NCBI GenBank assembly: GCA_965202585.1
Contig: OZ241826.1
Span: 87,606,001-87,670,000 of the forward strand
Origin: Thalia democratica
Lineage: Eukaryota
DNA length: 64,000 bases
Direction of reading: 5' to 3'
Under the pieces are notes generated by a model. That model saw only the letters and a list, made by a program, of their open reading frames with translations. It was not told the DNA's origin and searched no databases. This document shows positions 12,336 to 25,513 of this stretch, piece by piece. The position numbers and the translations under genes are program-made. Within the stretch, counting starts at the first letter, position 1, and every line of letters starts with the position of its first letter.

Positions 12336-14467
12336 TAGGGGTAGGGAGTACTTGGGTGATGTTTGCTAGACTTTTTTTTCTTTTCGATTTAGATGTGTTT
12401 TAGCATTATTAAGAAGAACTTGATATTAAAAAAAAAAAAAATTCCAAAAAAAAAATTCCGAACCCAAAAATTGATTTTGACCCCAAAAATCACTTATTTT
12501 AATGATTTTTAACTTAAATAGTAATAAAATCACTTATACATGTCCTATACTTTTAATTTTTATCTTAAATTAAAGTTTACAGTTATAGGCAAACATTTAA
12601 AGACATTTTAACTGTGTTTGTAACATTATGACGTCATAATCACACAAAATATGTAAATTTTGACTGTAAGGGTACATTTTATTAAAAAGAGCTAATTTAT
12701 TCTGCTGTTGTGCTTTTACATTAGTGTAATGAACTAATGCTTGCATCATTCATTGTTGAACTCAAGAGAATATTTAGAGCTTGTTGCAGTTATGAGAAAT
12801 GAAGTTTAAAATCAATGATGCAACTTTTTATCAGTTTTATTTTATCAGTGCAGTAAAACTGGCTAGTGCAACAAATCATCAATATATTAATTTTGAGTTT
12901 TAGATAAAAAGTTAAAGTTAAATTATATGTTATCTGCTTTAATTTATTTATTTTAAAAGTTTAATAGTTATTAAATTTTTTATAGTTTTATTACACACTA
13001 GATAGAAATTTATTTAATTTTTAGTTTATTGTTTAAGTGGTTTGAAAAGTATTAGATATCTACAAGATCTTCAAGTGTTTTATAGTTTACTCAAAAAAAT
13101 TTGATTACTTACTTCTTAGTTGCTTTTGTACTAAAGATTTATAAAGTTCACTATACTGTTAAAGATAAAAAAAACAGTTTTTGTTAATTTTTTTACAGAT
13201 GAATAATAGTAGTAATTTAAGTATAATTCTGGGAGATTGCCTACCAACAACTTATGATGTTGCTATTAACATTTTTAACATTTGTTCTAACCCAAAATCA
13301 CAAAAGATGAAAAATTGTGTTAAGGCGTATGCAACAGCTCTCATTTTACAGTGGACCAAAGCATTTGGTGAAGAATATGTTCTGAAAATAAAACAAGTAC
13401 AATCAAAGTTGTTAACTGTAGTAAATAATTACTTTAGTAAAGTGTATAAGGAGCAGACCCGAGATAAATCAGGTGTCAAAAAGAGTTTGAGGCAGCTCAA
13501 CAAAGAATGGAGACAATCTAATATATTTACAGGTAGACATAAAAACGTACCTCTAGTTGTTAACAAGTTGTTTGACATAGGCAAAAACATGGATACTCTT
13601 ACTGGAGATGAGGCATGTTTTTATACTGATCAACTAAGTTCCCGTTGTGGCCGTATAAGTGAAGATGTTGATTTGAAATATGTAACTGAAAAGCAAACTT
13701 AGTTAGAATTAGCACAAGCAGCTCTGAAGCGAGACATGTGTGAGAAGTCATACATTTCGGAAGTTGATGTTGAACCTTCAGTTTCCAGTTCAAATGATGG
13801 TAGAAGTACTATCATTAGCACTAATCATTAACTTAATGATGCCATAAAAAATTATCTTGCCTATAATGCATTATAATTTTTTAATGTTTGGTTATTTATT
13901 TTGTTGTTATACTAATTGAATAATTATCTAAGAGTTTTTTAAACACTTATGACTAAATGAATTATGACATCTAACATCACGCTAATATACATACCAGTAC
14001 CACATCATTTAAATCTTTAAAGGTAAGTAAGAAGTTTGTTTAAAATGTTAAAGTAACTGTTACTTTTAGAATAAAAAATTTTAAATAGAGCTATGCTTAT
14101 TAAATTTTTAAAAAGTACTATTTTATCGAAAACATTTACATATTTTGTGTGATTATGACATCATAATGTAACAAAAACAGTTGAAATGTCTTTAAATGTT
14201 TGCCTATAACTGTAAACTTTAATTTAAGATAAAAACTATAAGTATAGGACATGTATAAGTGACTTTATTACTATTTAAGTCAAAAATAATGAAAATAAGT
14301 GATATTTGGGGTCAAAATCAATTTTTGGGTTCGGAATTTTTTTTTTTGGCAATTTTTTTTTTTTAATATTAAATTCTTCTTAATGATGCTAAAACACATC
14401 TAAATCAAAAAGAAAAATATAAATTTTACAACATGACCAAAAAAATGTGGTGTACTCCCTACCCCTA
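12336..14467 (+). mobile_element. Internally deleted hAT-superfamily-like DNA transposon
   Basis: Termini are TAGGGGTAGGGAGTAC / GTACTCCCTACCCCTA. ~300-bp sub-terminal inverted repeats lie at ~12380-12670 and ~14130-14420. AATAATG is duplicated on both flanks (12329-12335, 14468-14474). Confidence 0.85.
13199..13830 (+). pseudogene. Remnant N-terminal region of a probable transposase
   Basis: Lies inside the 12336-14467 element. ATG follows a TTTTTACAG acceptor. LPT..DV, W.KAF and LFDI...E..FY.DQ..R..IS motifs resemble, from memory, N-termini of hATm-like transposases. In-frame TAG at 13700-13702, then coding-like sequence continues. No catalytic domain. Confidence 0.5.
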
Positions 14468-16551
14468 AATAATGCCATTTTTATAATTTGGTTAGTTCAG
14501 GTTATCAATAAAAAGACTTAGTTTTTTTTAGAACCTATTTGTAATTTAATAAGTAACTTTTAATTCTATCTTCAAAACAAAGTATAGTTTTTTTTAAGTT
14601 TGTTATCAAAAAACCTTGTCTTTTATTCTAGTTACCAAGGTATTTTTCTCTCATTATTATGACTAAAAAAAATATTTTTTTAATAAGTTTACCATAAATT
14701 TCTCAGTTTCTGACTTTCACTATTTTAAAAAACTCAGGCTAGTTACAACAAAGTGCCACACACTCAGAATAGTCAAGGATAACTCAGCTAGTTTCTACTT
14801 TTTTTAAAACTAAGGATAAATCAAGTCAGTTAAATTTTAAGATCTTTGTAAATATCAGGAGTCAGGACTACTATTATCTTGATTTTAAATGAGATTTAGC
14901 CAAATTAGTTTCTTATTTTTTTAAACTAAATAACCAACTTATGTTATAGACTTTTTAATGAATTAAAAACTCAAGATAACTCAGACATTTTAAAATTAAT
15001 TTGATAAGTTTTTATTATTATATTTAGAAGTCAAAGTTAGACTTACATTTAAAAAACTAATATATTTCATTCAGATAAGCCTCAAACCAGAAGATGTTGT
15101 ACAAAAGTAAATTCCAAATTTAAATTAATATTGTTTTTTTTAATCTCTTTGGATTTTAAAATTACTAAAATTATACTACAAGATAGCTGTTGAAGTAAAA
15201 ATTGATAAACTTAAAATAAAACAGTGGAAAAGCAATAAGTTTTCACAACACTAAAATAATAATAAACCCTGGATTTTCCAACAATTACCAATGTAATATA
15301 CTTAAATTCTTATTGCATATGAACAATCTATCATGTATATGTATTTTTAATATTCATAACTATTTAACATAATTGTTTTACTTTAATTTTAGCTTTATAA
15401 AATTAATGGACATAAACTTTTACTTAATTACAACCTGTGAGAAACTCAAAAAACGTGATGATTATTTTTTAAAAGCCTTTGATAATTACAGAAAACATTA
15501 ATCTTAGTTAAAATTTCATTTATTAAACTACTTCTAATTTTTTCTATAAAATTAATTTTAATGATAAGTAAAATTTTAAATTAGAGCAGCATAAGTAAAG
15601 CACTGTTGTTTTCATAACTTTTTACAAAAATCAATTGTAAGAGCATGTACTTTTTCTTAGTGAATGACATAAAACTATAATTAAAATGTATTGAAGCATG
15701 GAACGTAGAAAAACAATGTAAAAAAATTATTCAAAATTTTAGTTTGTTTTTTAATTAAATACATCATTTTAAGTACATTCTGTGACAAGATTTCATTAGG
15801 ATATGAAAATAGTTTCCCAAAAAGGATAAATATTGTCCTCATATAGGCGATTTGACTTATTAGAATTTAAGTGCGAAGAAGTAATTATGTAACTTACTAA
15901 TAAAGAAGCTATATATAATGTTAAAGCGATATTTTTTTTAAATTTAGTCATGTGGGTGTTTATAAAAATAAGACTGAAAATTAGAAGATTGGAAAACAAT
16001 TTCAAAACTATACCTTGTGCTTGTAGTTAATTGATGAATTATTGTTTTAGAATTATTGATGGTATATCTAATGTTTTTTATACTTAAACTACAATAAAAA
16101 AACAACTTAAACTCTCACATTAAATTTTTTTATAGTTTTTTAGTTATTACAAAATGTTTGTAATTACAAAATAATGTTTTATTTTAAGCTATCATAAATT
16201 ACATTGAGTTATTAATCAACTTAGTTTTTATCAAAATTACTAAAATATAATAAAATTTAGTTTGTATAAAAGGGCTTGAATTTTAAGCTTAAGAAATTTT
16301 CTTTCATAACATTCTTTTTTTTTAAACACATTTTATTAAAATGTTAAGTTTATTTTAAGTATAACATATAGATAAAAAAAAACATCAAAAAATATTTGTT
16401 GTATGAAGTACTAGAATGTAGTCAGACAATGTATATAATAAGAGAATCTTACAAAAGATATTATTTTACATTGTAATCAAATATAGTGTAGACTATTATT
16501 TTATCATTCAAAGTTCCTAACAACACATTTAACAACAGACTAGATAAACAA

Positions 16552-19269
16552 ATGTCAAAAACCTTTAAAATTTTCATTCTGCTTTTGCTGGCGTGTTGCG
16601 GCACCTGCGATTGGTGGGTTTTGTACAGTAAAAATGGTAAACTGGAGAGAAGAACACCTCATAGTGTGTTGGAGGGAGATGAGACCACGTTGCAGTGTTT
16701 AGTGTATCAGAGTGATGCCATACAAAGCAAAACTCTCGTCAACTGGTATATATTACGTTACTTTTGTATTGGTTTTTGCTTAAAAGTAATCTTTTTGTTT
16801 AAAACACACTTTTTAGATTATTGTCTGGGTTTTTTAGCTACAACTTTGATTTACTTTATCTTCAATAAAGTGTTGTTTTAGCATGTATTTTTAAGTTTTT
16901 TTTAGTAAACACAAGACTAAATATATAAACTTACATGGAGACAATCCTCGATTTTTTGATATAAAAACTTAATTTTTCAAAATAATATAGAAAATTTAAA
17001 TAAAATCAAGAGTTGCCGCATGAAGGTTTTTTATAATTGTTCTAAACTTTAAACTGTATACTTTTGTGAAAATTGTCACATACAAAAAAATTTTTTAAAT
17101 ACAGTTTACATTAATGTTATTTTTTAAAAAGACAGCTTATGTAAAATTTTATTTTTGTACGCTAAAATTTTGTACAAGGTGTTTTATGATATTTCTCAAG
17201 CATGAAAATACTTATGGCTGAAAACTTAAAGTTTCCTACTGTCTGTATAATATATATTTTTAACAACTAAGAATAATATGATTAGAATAGTGCATTGAAA
17301 TTACTGTAATAAAAACACTTCTCAACCACTGTCTTATAAAATAAAAGGTTTCGTCAACCCGATAAATCGAAGAGTTCAATAGGAGAATTTATAGCTGGAG
17401 GGCTGATAGACCATGAGGGGCCGTGCAGAAAAGTGGGTGAAGGCAAGAACATGACCGAAATGTGCATGAAGAAGGGTACTTACGATCTGGTGTTGAAAAA
17501 TCCGCACAGGTCTTGATATTTTGAGCATTTTGCTATTTCGTTTAAAGATTAATTTTGATGAATCAAAAATAGAACTTTTCAAACTGTTGCACATGCCAAG
17601 CTTGTATGATAGATCCGTAGAGATTTTTTTTTACCCGAGCAACGAGTAATTTGTTTAATTTATTAATTTTAGCTTAAATTTTCATACAAATCAAAAAATA
17701 ACATTTGTGTAAGCAAAAAATTAAATTTAAACTAGATTGTAATGTGTATCATAATAGTTGCCACAGGTTACAGATAGTAACATACTTGATAAGCATAAGA
17801 GTTGTCAAAATACTATGGTCATGCCAATTAAGTACTGAAATGTAAAACTTTTGTTTTTGATTAAGATTTGAAGCTGAAGTAAAAAAAAACATTTTGTTTT
17901 AACAAAAGTGATCTGGACTGAATACTAAATACTAGGGCAGGCTAGACTATTTTTCAAAACTTTGGCGAAATGAAGAAGGGTACTTAAATTTTGATTGTTT
18001 TTGCACAATATTGATAGTATTAGTGTATTTTTATAAAACTTAAGTCAATTAAAATATTTTTTTTTTCCATTGAGTTCTTTTTCTTATATTTTTCTATAAG
18101 GCTCGATTAGTAGTTTTTTATCACTATGGTTTATTTTCAAATATCTTACAAAGCATGCTGATTGTTGTTTTTAGTCTTTCAGACAGGTTTTACCCCAAAC
18201 AACCCCGTACCAAACTTTTCTAGTCTGTTTTTTTATTTATTTACTTTAAATTAGTAGTACAATTCTGTTTCTAAAAAGTATTTAAATTTCATATACTGCT
18301 TAAAACGTTTTCTTCATTTTAAACCGATTAAAAATAATTTGTTTAAACAATTATCAAAGTATATTCTTTTTACTTCTCAATTACTGTTTTGACTTGATGT
18401 TTTTTATGTGCAAAAACAGATCGAACGGCGGAATTTACACTTGCCAGGTACTCAACACTCCCAACAACAAACCCATGCTGTACGGAGGCTACGAGCTCAG
18501 CGTCGTTTACCAACCATCCAAGCCCACAATAGAGTACATACCCGGGCGCATAGAGGAAAACGGAAAGTTCACGCTTCAGTACGTTTCCGACACCAAGTAC
18601 GAACCCCTACCGACGCTCGAGTGGTTCTTCAACGGCAACATGCTGAGACTGCAATCTCAAGAGCGAAGAGACTTTTTGGGCGTTGAAGTCGATCCCGACG
18701 GCTTGTTGACGTTCAAACACTTCAACGCGCACAACCACGGGGAATACTACTGCACTGCTTCCATGGTTGTTTATGGGCATGACGGAATTAAGTATCCTGC
18801 CGAAGAAGTCCCGAGCTACAAAACCAAGCTGGAGATTTCTTTCTGGTCGGACGCGGTCATCGGCGGGTTCTGCGGCGGTTTGGTTTTGCTCACAGGGTTG
18901 TGCGTTTGTTTGTACAAGACGTTCAAATATCCCTGCTTAGTGCCCAAGCGCATCGCAGAGTCCAAGCGCCTGGCTAGGTTCAATAGGTTCCGTGGTAACC
19001 GACCTGCAAACAATATCGCTCCAAACATCCATCACCCTGGAAAGGCTGAAAACAATGCGGATCAATCGAAAGCTCACAAGAACAATGAACTGTCAAACAA
19101 GCATGATCTGTTTAAAGTTACATGCGAAAGTGAGGAAAAACCTTCGGAAAGTCAAAATAACAATGAAAGTTTAATTCAAGAAAAAAATGAATCTGCATCA
19201 ACGTATCCACAACACAAGGAATCTCAATCTAGTAATACTGATCACAGCAAAGATGCCACTGAAAGCTAA
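16552..19269 (+). CDS. Type I membrane protein with signal peptide, two Ig-like domains and TM helix (exons 16552-16745, 17348-17509, 18420-19269)
   Basis: Two phase-2 GT-AG introns join in frame. Domain 1: TLQC...VNWF...YDLVLKNPHRSNGGIYTCQV. Domain 2: EPLPTLEWFFNG...LLTF...HGEYYC. TM: AVIGGFCGGLVLLTGLCVCLY. Confidence 0.85.
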
Positions 19270-20453
19270 AAAACAGTAAAAGTCGGTCAGAAAATTCAGA
19301 AGATGTTGACGAAGACACTAAAAACGAAAACAAAGATTTACCTCTTTACCCGGTAATTGTTCAAAAAAGCGTTCCCGAGCAAAAGACATTGACTCGTGAT
19401 TATGCAGAATCTAACAAGAATTCTCCACGAAGCAATGCAAACCAAAATCTACTCAGCTCGGCTTTGCAAGTCCAAGCGAAAATCAACAATACTCACCTGA
19501 ACAAAATTCTGTGAATCATAAGTTTGCAAACGGAGCTTCCAACATTCAAGCAAGTCAGAGCACATATAATATCAACCAGGTGTCACATGCTCGTCTAATG
19601 CATCAAGCTCAGCAGAATTATCCAAGTTCCGACTTTTTAGCCACCTTAGCTTAACCTGGTTATGCAAATTCTAACGGAGCACCACAAAGAGTTGCAAACC
19701 AAAATGCAGCTCCACAAAGATATGTCAAACCAAATGTATCTTTGAAAGTAAATTCCAATCCTAAAGTTGCCCAGCCAGTCTTTTTGAATCAAGATATGGA
19801 TTTACAAAGACATTTGAACCTAAATAAAGCTACACAAAACTTTGCAAATAAAAAAAATATTATACAAAAAAAATGCAGACCCGTATACGGTTCCCCAAAG
19901 CTTTTCAAATCATAATGTAAATACACAAATGTATGAGAATCAAAATGTAGCTCCAAAAATACATTCAAACCCAAATGTAGTTTCCCAAAACTTTGCAAAC
20001 CCAAATTTTATTCTACAAACTTATGCATACCAAAATATGGTTCCACAAAGACATGTAAACCAAAATATATTTCAACAAAGTTATATTAACCCAAATATGG
20101 TTCCACAAAGACATTTAAACCCAAACATTGTTCAACAAAGTTATACTGACCCAAATACGGTTCCAAAAAGACATGTAAATCAAAATGGTTCTACAGAGAC
20201 ATCTAAATCCAACTATAATTCACAAAGACATGTAAACCCAAATATGGTTTCACAGAGACATCCGAATCCAAATATGCTTCCACAAAGACATGTAAACCCC
20301 AACAGAGTTCAACACAGTCATGCAAATCAGAAAACCGCTCAACAGCTACGTTTCAGAGGCCAACCGACCGTTTTGAAGCCGGAGGAAGGCAGGAAAGTGA
20401 AAATAACCGATTCGATGGCGTGGATCGGCAATCCGTCCAACTACACTTACTAA
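19269..20453 (+). pseudogene. Disrupted continuation of the Ig receptor cytoplasmic tail
   Basis: Coding-like N/Q/P/S-rich sequence continues past the stop. Frameshifts at ~19268, ~19447 and ~19870 (A-runs) and a TAA at 19652-19654. It joins ORF 19842-20453, which ends ...WIGNPSNYTY*. Confidence 0.65.
19935..20330 (+). repeat. 30-bp coding minisatellite (10-aa PQRHVNPNMV-like, about 13 units)
   Basis: CCACAAAGACATGTAAACCCAAATATGGTT variants are repeated in tandem. Confidence 0.85.
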
Positions 20454-22700
20454 CATTTTATTAATGAGCTGAAAATAGTTATTAGGTGTTCGAATTAGTG
20501 AATTAGTTGTTCGGAAACTTTTTAAAAATAAAAATTGGTGTTATCAAAGATAACTTTTTGAGTTATGTATAGCTTTTTGTTATTTGAAGTACTTTCTGAA
20601 TGTTTTTGACAAGTTTGAAGAATTAAATTACAAGCTAACTAATTTTTTTACAAAAATAAACATAATTTATTCGGTTTGTTTTTACAAATAAAGATAAACA
20701 TTACTTAACTATTACATAAATAGATACAAGTTACTAGATTTTTTTACTACATTTTAATTTCTTCCTAACTAGTCTGGTATATACACAATTCTTCTTGAGT
20801 TGTAGTAAATATAGTTTTTAACTTATTAAAATTAATCAGTTAAAACGCATAAAAATAATTTTCTGGTAATTTCTTTTGTTAGCATTTTGTTTAAAAAAAA
20901 TATAGATATTTTAATGAAGCTTGTTTTTTTTATCTTATTAAAATTTCATAAGTAACTACCTAAGTAAAAAATGTTATAATCTCAAAAATAAATTTATTTT
21001 TTTTCTTAGTATCTAATAAACTCTTGATATTTTTGTTTTTATTAATGCATATAAAAATTTATTCAAAAGGAATAATTTTTTTAACAGCAATTGACTACCA
21101 AAAGTTTTAAAACTAAAAAGTAAAATCGTAGCAGTACATAATTCTTATATATTTTTGATATACTAGTATTAAGCTTTTATCGAAGACTATAAAATGATTT
21201 TTTGAAGTATTATTAACACATAGACTTATGCTTAATGTAAAATTTATAGTATAAAAAATTCTGCTATGTTGCTATTTTTTATTTATTCTTCTGTTATGAA
21301 AGAATAATCCAGTATTAAATTTTTGGCACAATGATTAAAAGAAACTTCCCAGTTTGTAACTTTACCCTTAACATTTTAATTTAATTGTTTTAGTTAGTGT
21401 TATTCAAGCACTTATTGCAATTGTTTTTTCTAATGAACTTGTCTAGTTTTAAGGAATATAGAATCAAAGTGTCTACGAAATCCAATTAGTTCTAACTTAA
21501 TTAAAGTCTTACTGAAGCACTCAGGTGTTTCCTCTAATGTTTGCTAAGTCAGAAAAAAAACTTTTATTATTATATACTTAATCATAGTTATTAAATTACT
21601 TTTAATAATATTTCTTAAAACCCCTTTTTTTTAACAAATGAGACAATGTTTATTATTTTTTTGAATATGGTTTTAATTTACATTTCAATATAAAGGTCAT
21701 CATATTATAATGCCTATGTATCGATAAATTATTGGAAGTGGCCTTCTTTCTCTTTTCTCAAATATTTCCATAAGAGCTCGAGCTACGCTCTTTGGTTACT
21801 TCTAAGTTTTGACGCATGAGTTAACTTTTAGTCATTGTTTCTATTTGTTACTTTGAAAAAAGTTATGTAATTCCCATTGTACTAGCGTAACGATGGTGAC
21901 TGATTTTAATCTTTGTTATTGTGTCAAAGTATTTTATTTTGTATCAGTTTTTTAGTTTAGTTTGTTACATTTTGTCGCACTTTAAACATTGTTAATACAG
22001 TCTAACTTTATTGACTCGATTTCATTATACAAGTAGTTTAAGGTTTCTTACAATCTTAATAATTTAATAAATAATAGTTTTGCTGGTCCTTTACTTACAG
22101 TCAGCTAAAACATTTATGTACATAAATGAGATCTCCATTTAAGAACGGAAGCTCTTTGTTATATTACAAATGCTACCAAATAAAAACTAGTGTAAGTAAA
22201 TAGATAATAGATTTGCAAAGTTTATCAAGAATAACTACAGTTTTGCTTGAATTTATTTTTTAGTATTTAATAAAGCTAAACTAATTTAGGTGGTTGTAGA
22301 AGTATATGCAGCTGAAATAAACCTTTTAATAACTTTGTTAAAAAGTAGTTGAAAACTTTTTTTTGTTATGTAGGACACCCACATTTCTTTTAATATGATA
22401 TTTAAAAATAACTTTTAATGTTTTTTAAATTTTTCCTTAATTCTTTTTAATGTTTTGTATTGTTTTGTAACTTTAAGCCGCCATTTAAAAATAACTTTGA
22501 CTTAATATGCATGTTTTAGTGTTGTGTCAATTTTAAATATCTACCAGAAATTTCATCTACAGCGACTAGATTGATTTCAAGTAATACTGTTATACTATTT
22601 ATTCTTAATCTTACTTCAAGCTTTAGTTTACTTTACTATTATCTTACTTTTTATATAAATTCTAAACAGGTTTAATTAATAGTTTTACACTACTTGGATA

Positions 22701-24631
22701 ATGAGTGAAAAAGGTTTAAAGCTTAAATCATACTTATTGAGAGATGTAAATAAGATAACAGCTGGTATTAAAAAAATTAAACTAGAAGATACTCTGAAAA
22801 CTGAACACCTAAGCAATAATGCTAATAAACTTGAAGTTTGTACTTTTGTTGAGAAATGTATCACAAAAGCGCAAAAGAAGAAAACATTGGAGAATGCCAT
22901 TAAATACTCAAAAGCTAGCAAAGACTTTTTCTATCCAAGTTTGTTTAGAATAAGTGAAATTGTTATGTTTAAAAACAATTGATAAACTACATTTTTACAG
23001 TTTATAAGTAAATATTTTGTTTTTTTAAAATGTTAGTTTAGGTAAACCTATGTTACTAATTTTTCTTTACCCAATACTATAAAACTAGTCTTATTACTAC
23101 TGGTTTGTAAATTAATGTCAAACCTTTTTGAATATTTTTTTCAGGAAAAGTTACACTACAAGAGCTTTACATTGTCCAAGCCATTCAGCTAAATAAATTA
23201 GTTTTAGACGACAATGAAGAACAAAAACTAGTCAAATGTCTCAAAGATAAAATAAGTCCTGAAGACTTTCGCATGTATCTCATTCTTTTAAAGATGTTTT
23301 GTTCTTCGAGTAAAGACGCTTTAATATACATAGATAGTCGTTTTTTGATGATTTCAGAGACAGACAGCTTTTTGCAATTGGAAGTAAATCTTCTTAAAGA
23401 AATTATTTCTAGATCAAGTTTGTTAGTTACAACTGAGATTGAAGTTTACGAAGCTGTTGATAAATGGATTAAATACAACTTTATAAAAAGAGGAAAGTTT
23501 TCAAAAATGCTTCTACAAGAAATACGTCTTTCACTGTTAGAAGATAAAACCTTAAAAACTATCTTAACTGAACAGAGCTGTTTTAGAAAGAACAAAGATT
23601 CCCTAGCGGTCGTAAATGAAATTTTGAAAGGCAACTTTGATTTTTATATGAATAAACCGAGCACGTTTTTCACAGCAAGATGCTGCGGTCACGATTCATT
23701 TGACATTTTGTATTTTGGGGGTGTGGAAAAAGCTGATGAAGTTGTTGATAACAAAGTACTGCGAATAAAGAATTCCGACCACTTTAACAGTTCAGAAATA
23801 GTTTCTTCATTAGTGAAAAAACGTTATAACTCTAAAGTGGTTTATCTCAAAGGAAATGTCTACATTTTTGGTGGTAATGATGTCCCAGATAGTAACTCGT
23901 CGAATAGAATTATCGTAAAAGAAGTAGAAATGTACAGCCATCTTGCGAAAACGTGCAAAGTAGTAGCAAATATAGAAGATATAAATGACTACTATTGTTA
24001 TGCGGTATGCGGTTTCATGGATAAAATTTATTTGTTCGGAGGTTATGATGACTGTCATACTGAAAGAGACTTGTGTATAGAGTTTGATACGTACAGTAGC
24101 TCTTGGAAGCACAAATCAAAGATGATCGAAATAAGAGAAAATCCTGCTGCATGCGTTTTTGAAGAGAAAATCATCGTATCTGGTGGCAAGCACTATACAG
24201 GCCTTGAGTTTGTTAACTTTGTCAATTATTACGATGAAGACAACTATCAAACAATAGATACAGTTGAAGCTTACGACCCAATAGACGACACTTGGACAGA
24301 ATTTCCAACTATGAACTATTCAAGATGTCTCCATGAGTCAGTTGTAGTTAAGAATAAATTGTATGTCATCGCAGGAGGAACTTATATCAATGAAGTTTAT
24401 GATTCTACTTCTAAAAAGTTCGCTGTTCTTAAACCATCATTCAGCCTGTACGACAGTACTTCAAATAGACCATTTGCAGTCTTTAGTGTTGGACGCAAAC
24501 TTTATACTTATTTTAAAGGTTCATCGAGTATGTTTTGCTTCGATACAGTAAAGGGTGAGTGGTGTGAAAAACCTAGCGAACCAACGAAACATCTCACCAG
24601 CTTTTCTGCTATCACAGTTCCTCGTCTTTAA
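22701..24631 (+). CDS. BACK-Kelch (KLHL-like) protein, copy 1 (exons 22701-23007, 23145-24631); exon 1 interrupted
   Basis: BACK-like LLVTTEIEVYEAVDKWIKY..R...L..IRL and Kelch repeats (VYIFGG, IYLFGG, IIVSGG, YDP...W, LYVIAGG). Phase-1 donor at 23007 matches the phase-1 acceptor at 23145. TGA-TAA at 22980-22985 interrupts exon 1, possibly from two compensating homopolymer indels. Confidence 0.85.
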
Positions 24632-25434
24632 AATGAGAATCTAGGAAAAAGATGTTCTAAACATTTAAACAAATATGATTATAGTTGTATAGTAAACATC
24701 ATGGCTATAATAAAATGGCCAAATGTTGTTGAAAAGCTCATTTAAACTGTTTAGCTTTGTCTATTTCGTAATAAGTTTTCGGATAATAAGTATTTTGTAA
24801 AATTAATTCATATTTACTTTCAATATAAAAAATGTACACAAGTATAGCTAATTTAATTTTAATACGGATTTCAGTAATATTTTTTCTATAAATACTATTT
24901 AGTATAGCTAATAACCTTTTATTCTAATTAAAAAACAGCTAATTTTAAAATATTAATAAGGCATTATGTGATGCAAAAATTAAAAATTTTAAAGTTTGTA
25001 TTTTACTATGTTCATTTAGAGCTCTAATTTAAAATGTTTTAATTTGATCCTTGTTTCTTTCGATTAGATGTTAAAAACTCAAATTTAGTATTAATCTAAG
25101 TTTTTAAGCTGAGAATATAACGTTTTTTAATCCTCTTCGCTTCATTTCTTCGAAATAAACTACATTTATATAATCATTTTGTACGAATTTATTTGCTTAT
25201 CTTAATTAAACTGTTTTTATTTCGGCCATAATTATATAATAATTCTAAGGTTAATTCTTAAGCTAATGTTTAGACTGACTAAGCTAATTAGTTTAGTAGT
25301 TTTATAAGTGTTAATTGGACTTATATTACTGTTTAACAAAAGTAAGTTTATAAGGTTGTAAATAATTTATATTACTTATTTAACTGAAATCGTGTCTGCA
25401 AGTTGAGAATGTATTTTACAATTAATAAGTTGAA

Positions 25435-25500
25435 TGGATGTTACTTTTGCGCGAGCCTCAATTTTGCACGAGCGTCACTTTTGCACGAGAGGTCGCTTTT
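25435..25500 (+). mobile_element. Fragment of the TTTTGCACGA element family
   Basis: TTTTGCGCGAG / TTTTGCACGAG tandem sub-repeats as at 33838 and 56815. Confidence 0.55.
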
Positions 25501-25513
25501 TAAGAATTTTATT

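Noticed and set aside
15796-16005. 69-aa minus ORF with a signal-peptide-like start, divergent from the Ig gene
   Set aside because: Starts at TTG, with no recognisable domain or splice support.
17376-20004. Overlapping or antisense ORFs (17376, 18408, 18816, 18992, 19789) in the Ig gene
   Set aside because: Shadow frames of the relatively GC-rich coding exons.
22685-24551. Antisense or alternate ORFs over Kelch-1 (and 58150-58392 over Kelch-2)
   Set aside because: Shadows of the Kelch coding strand.
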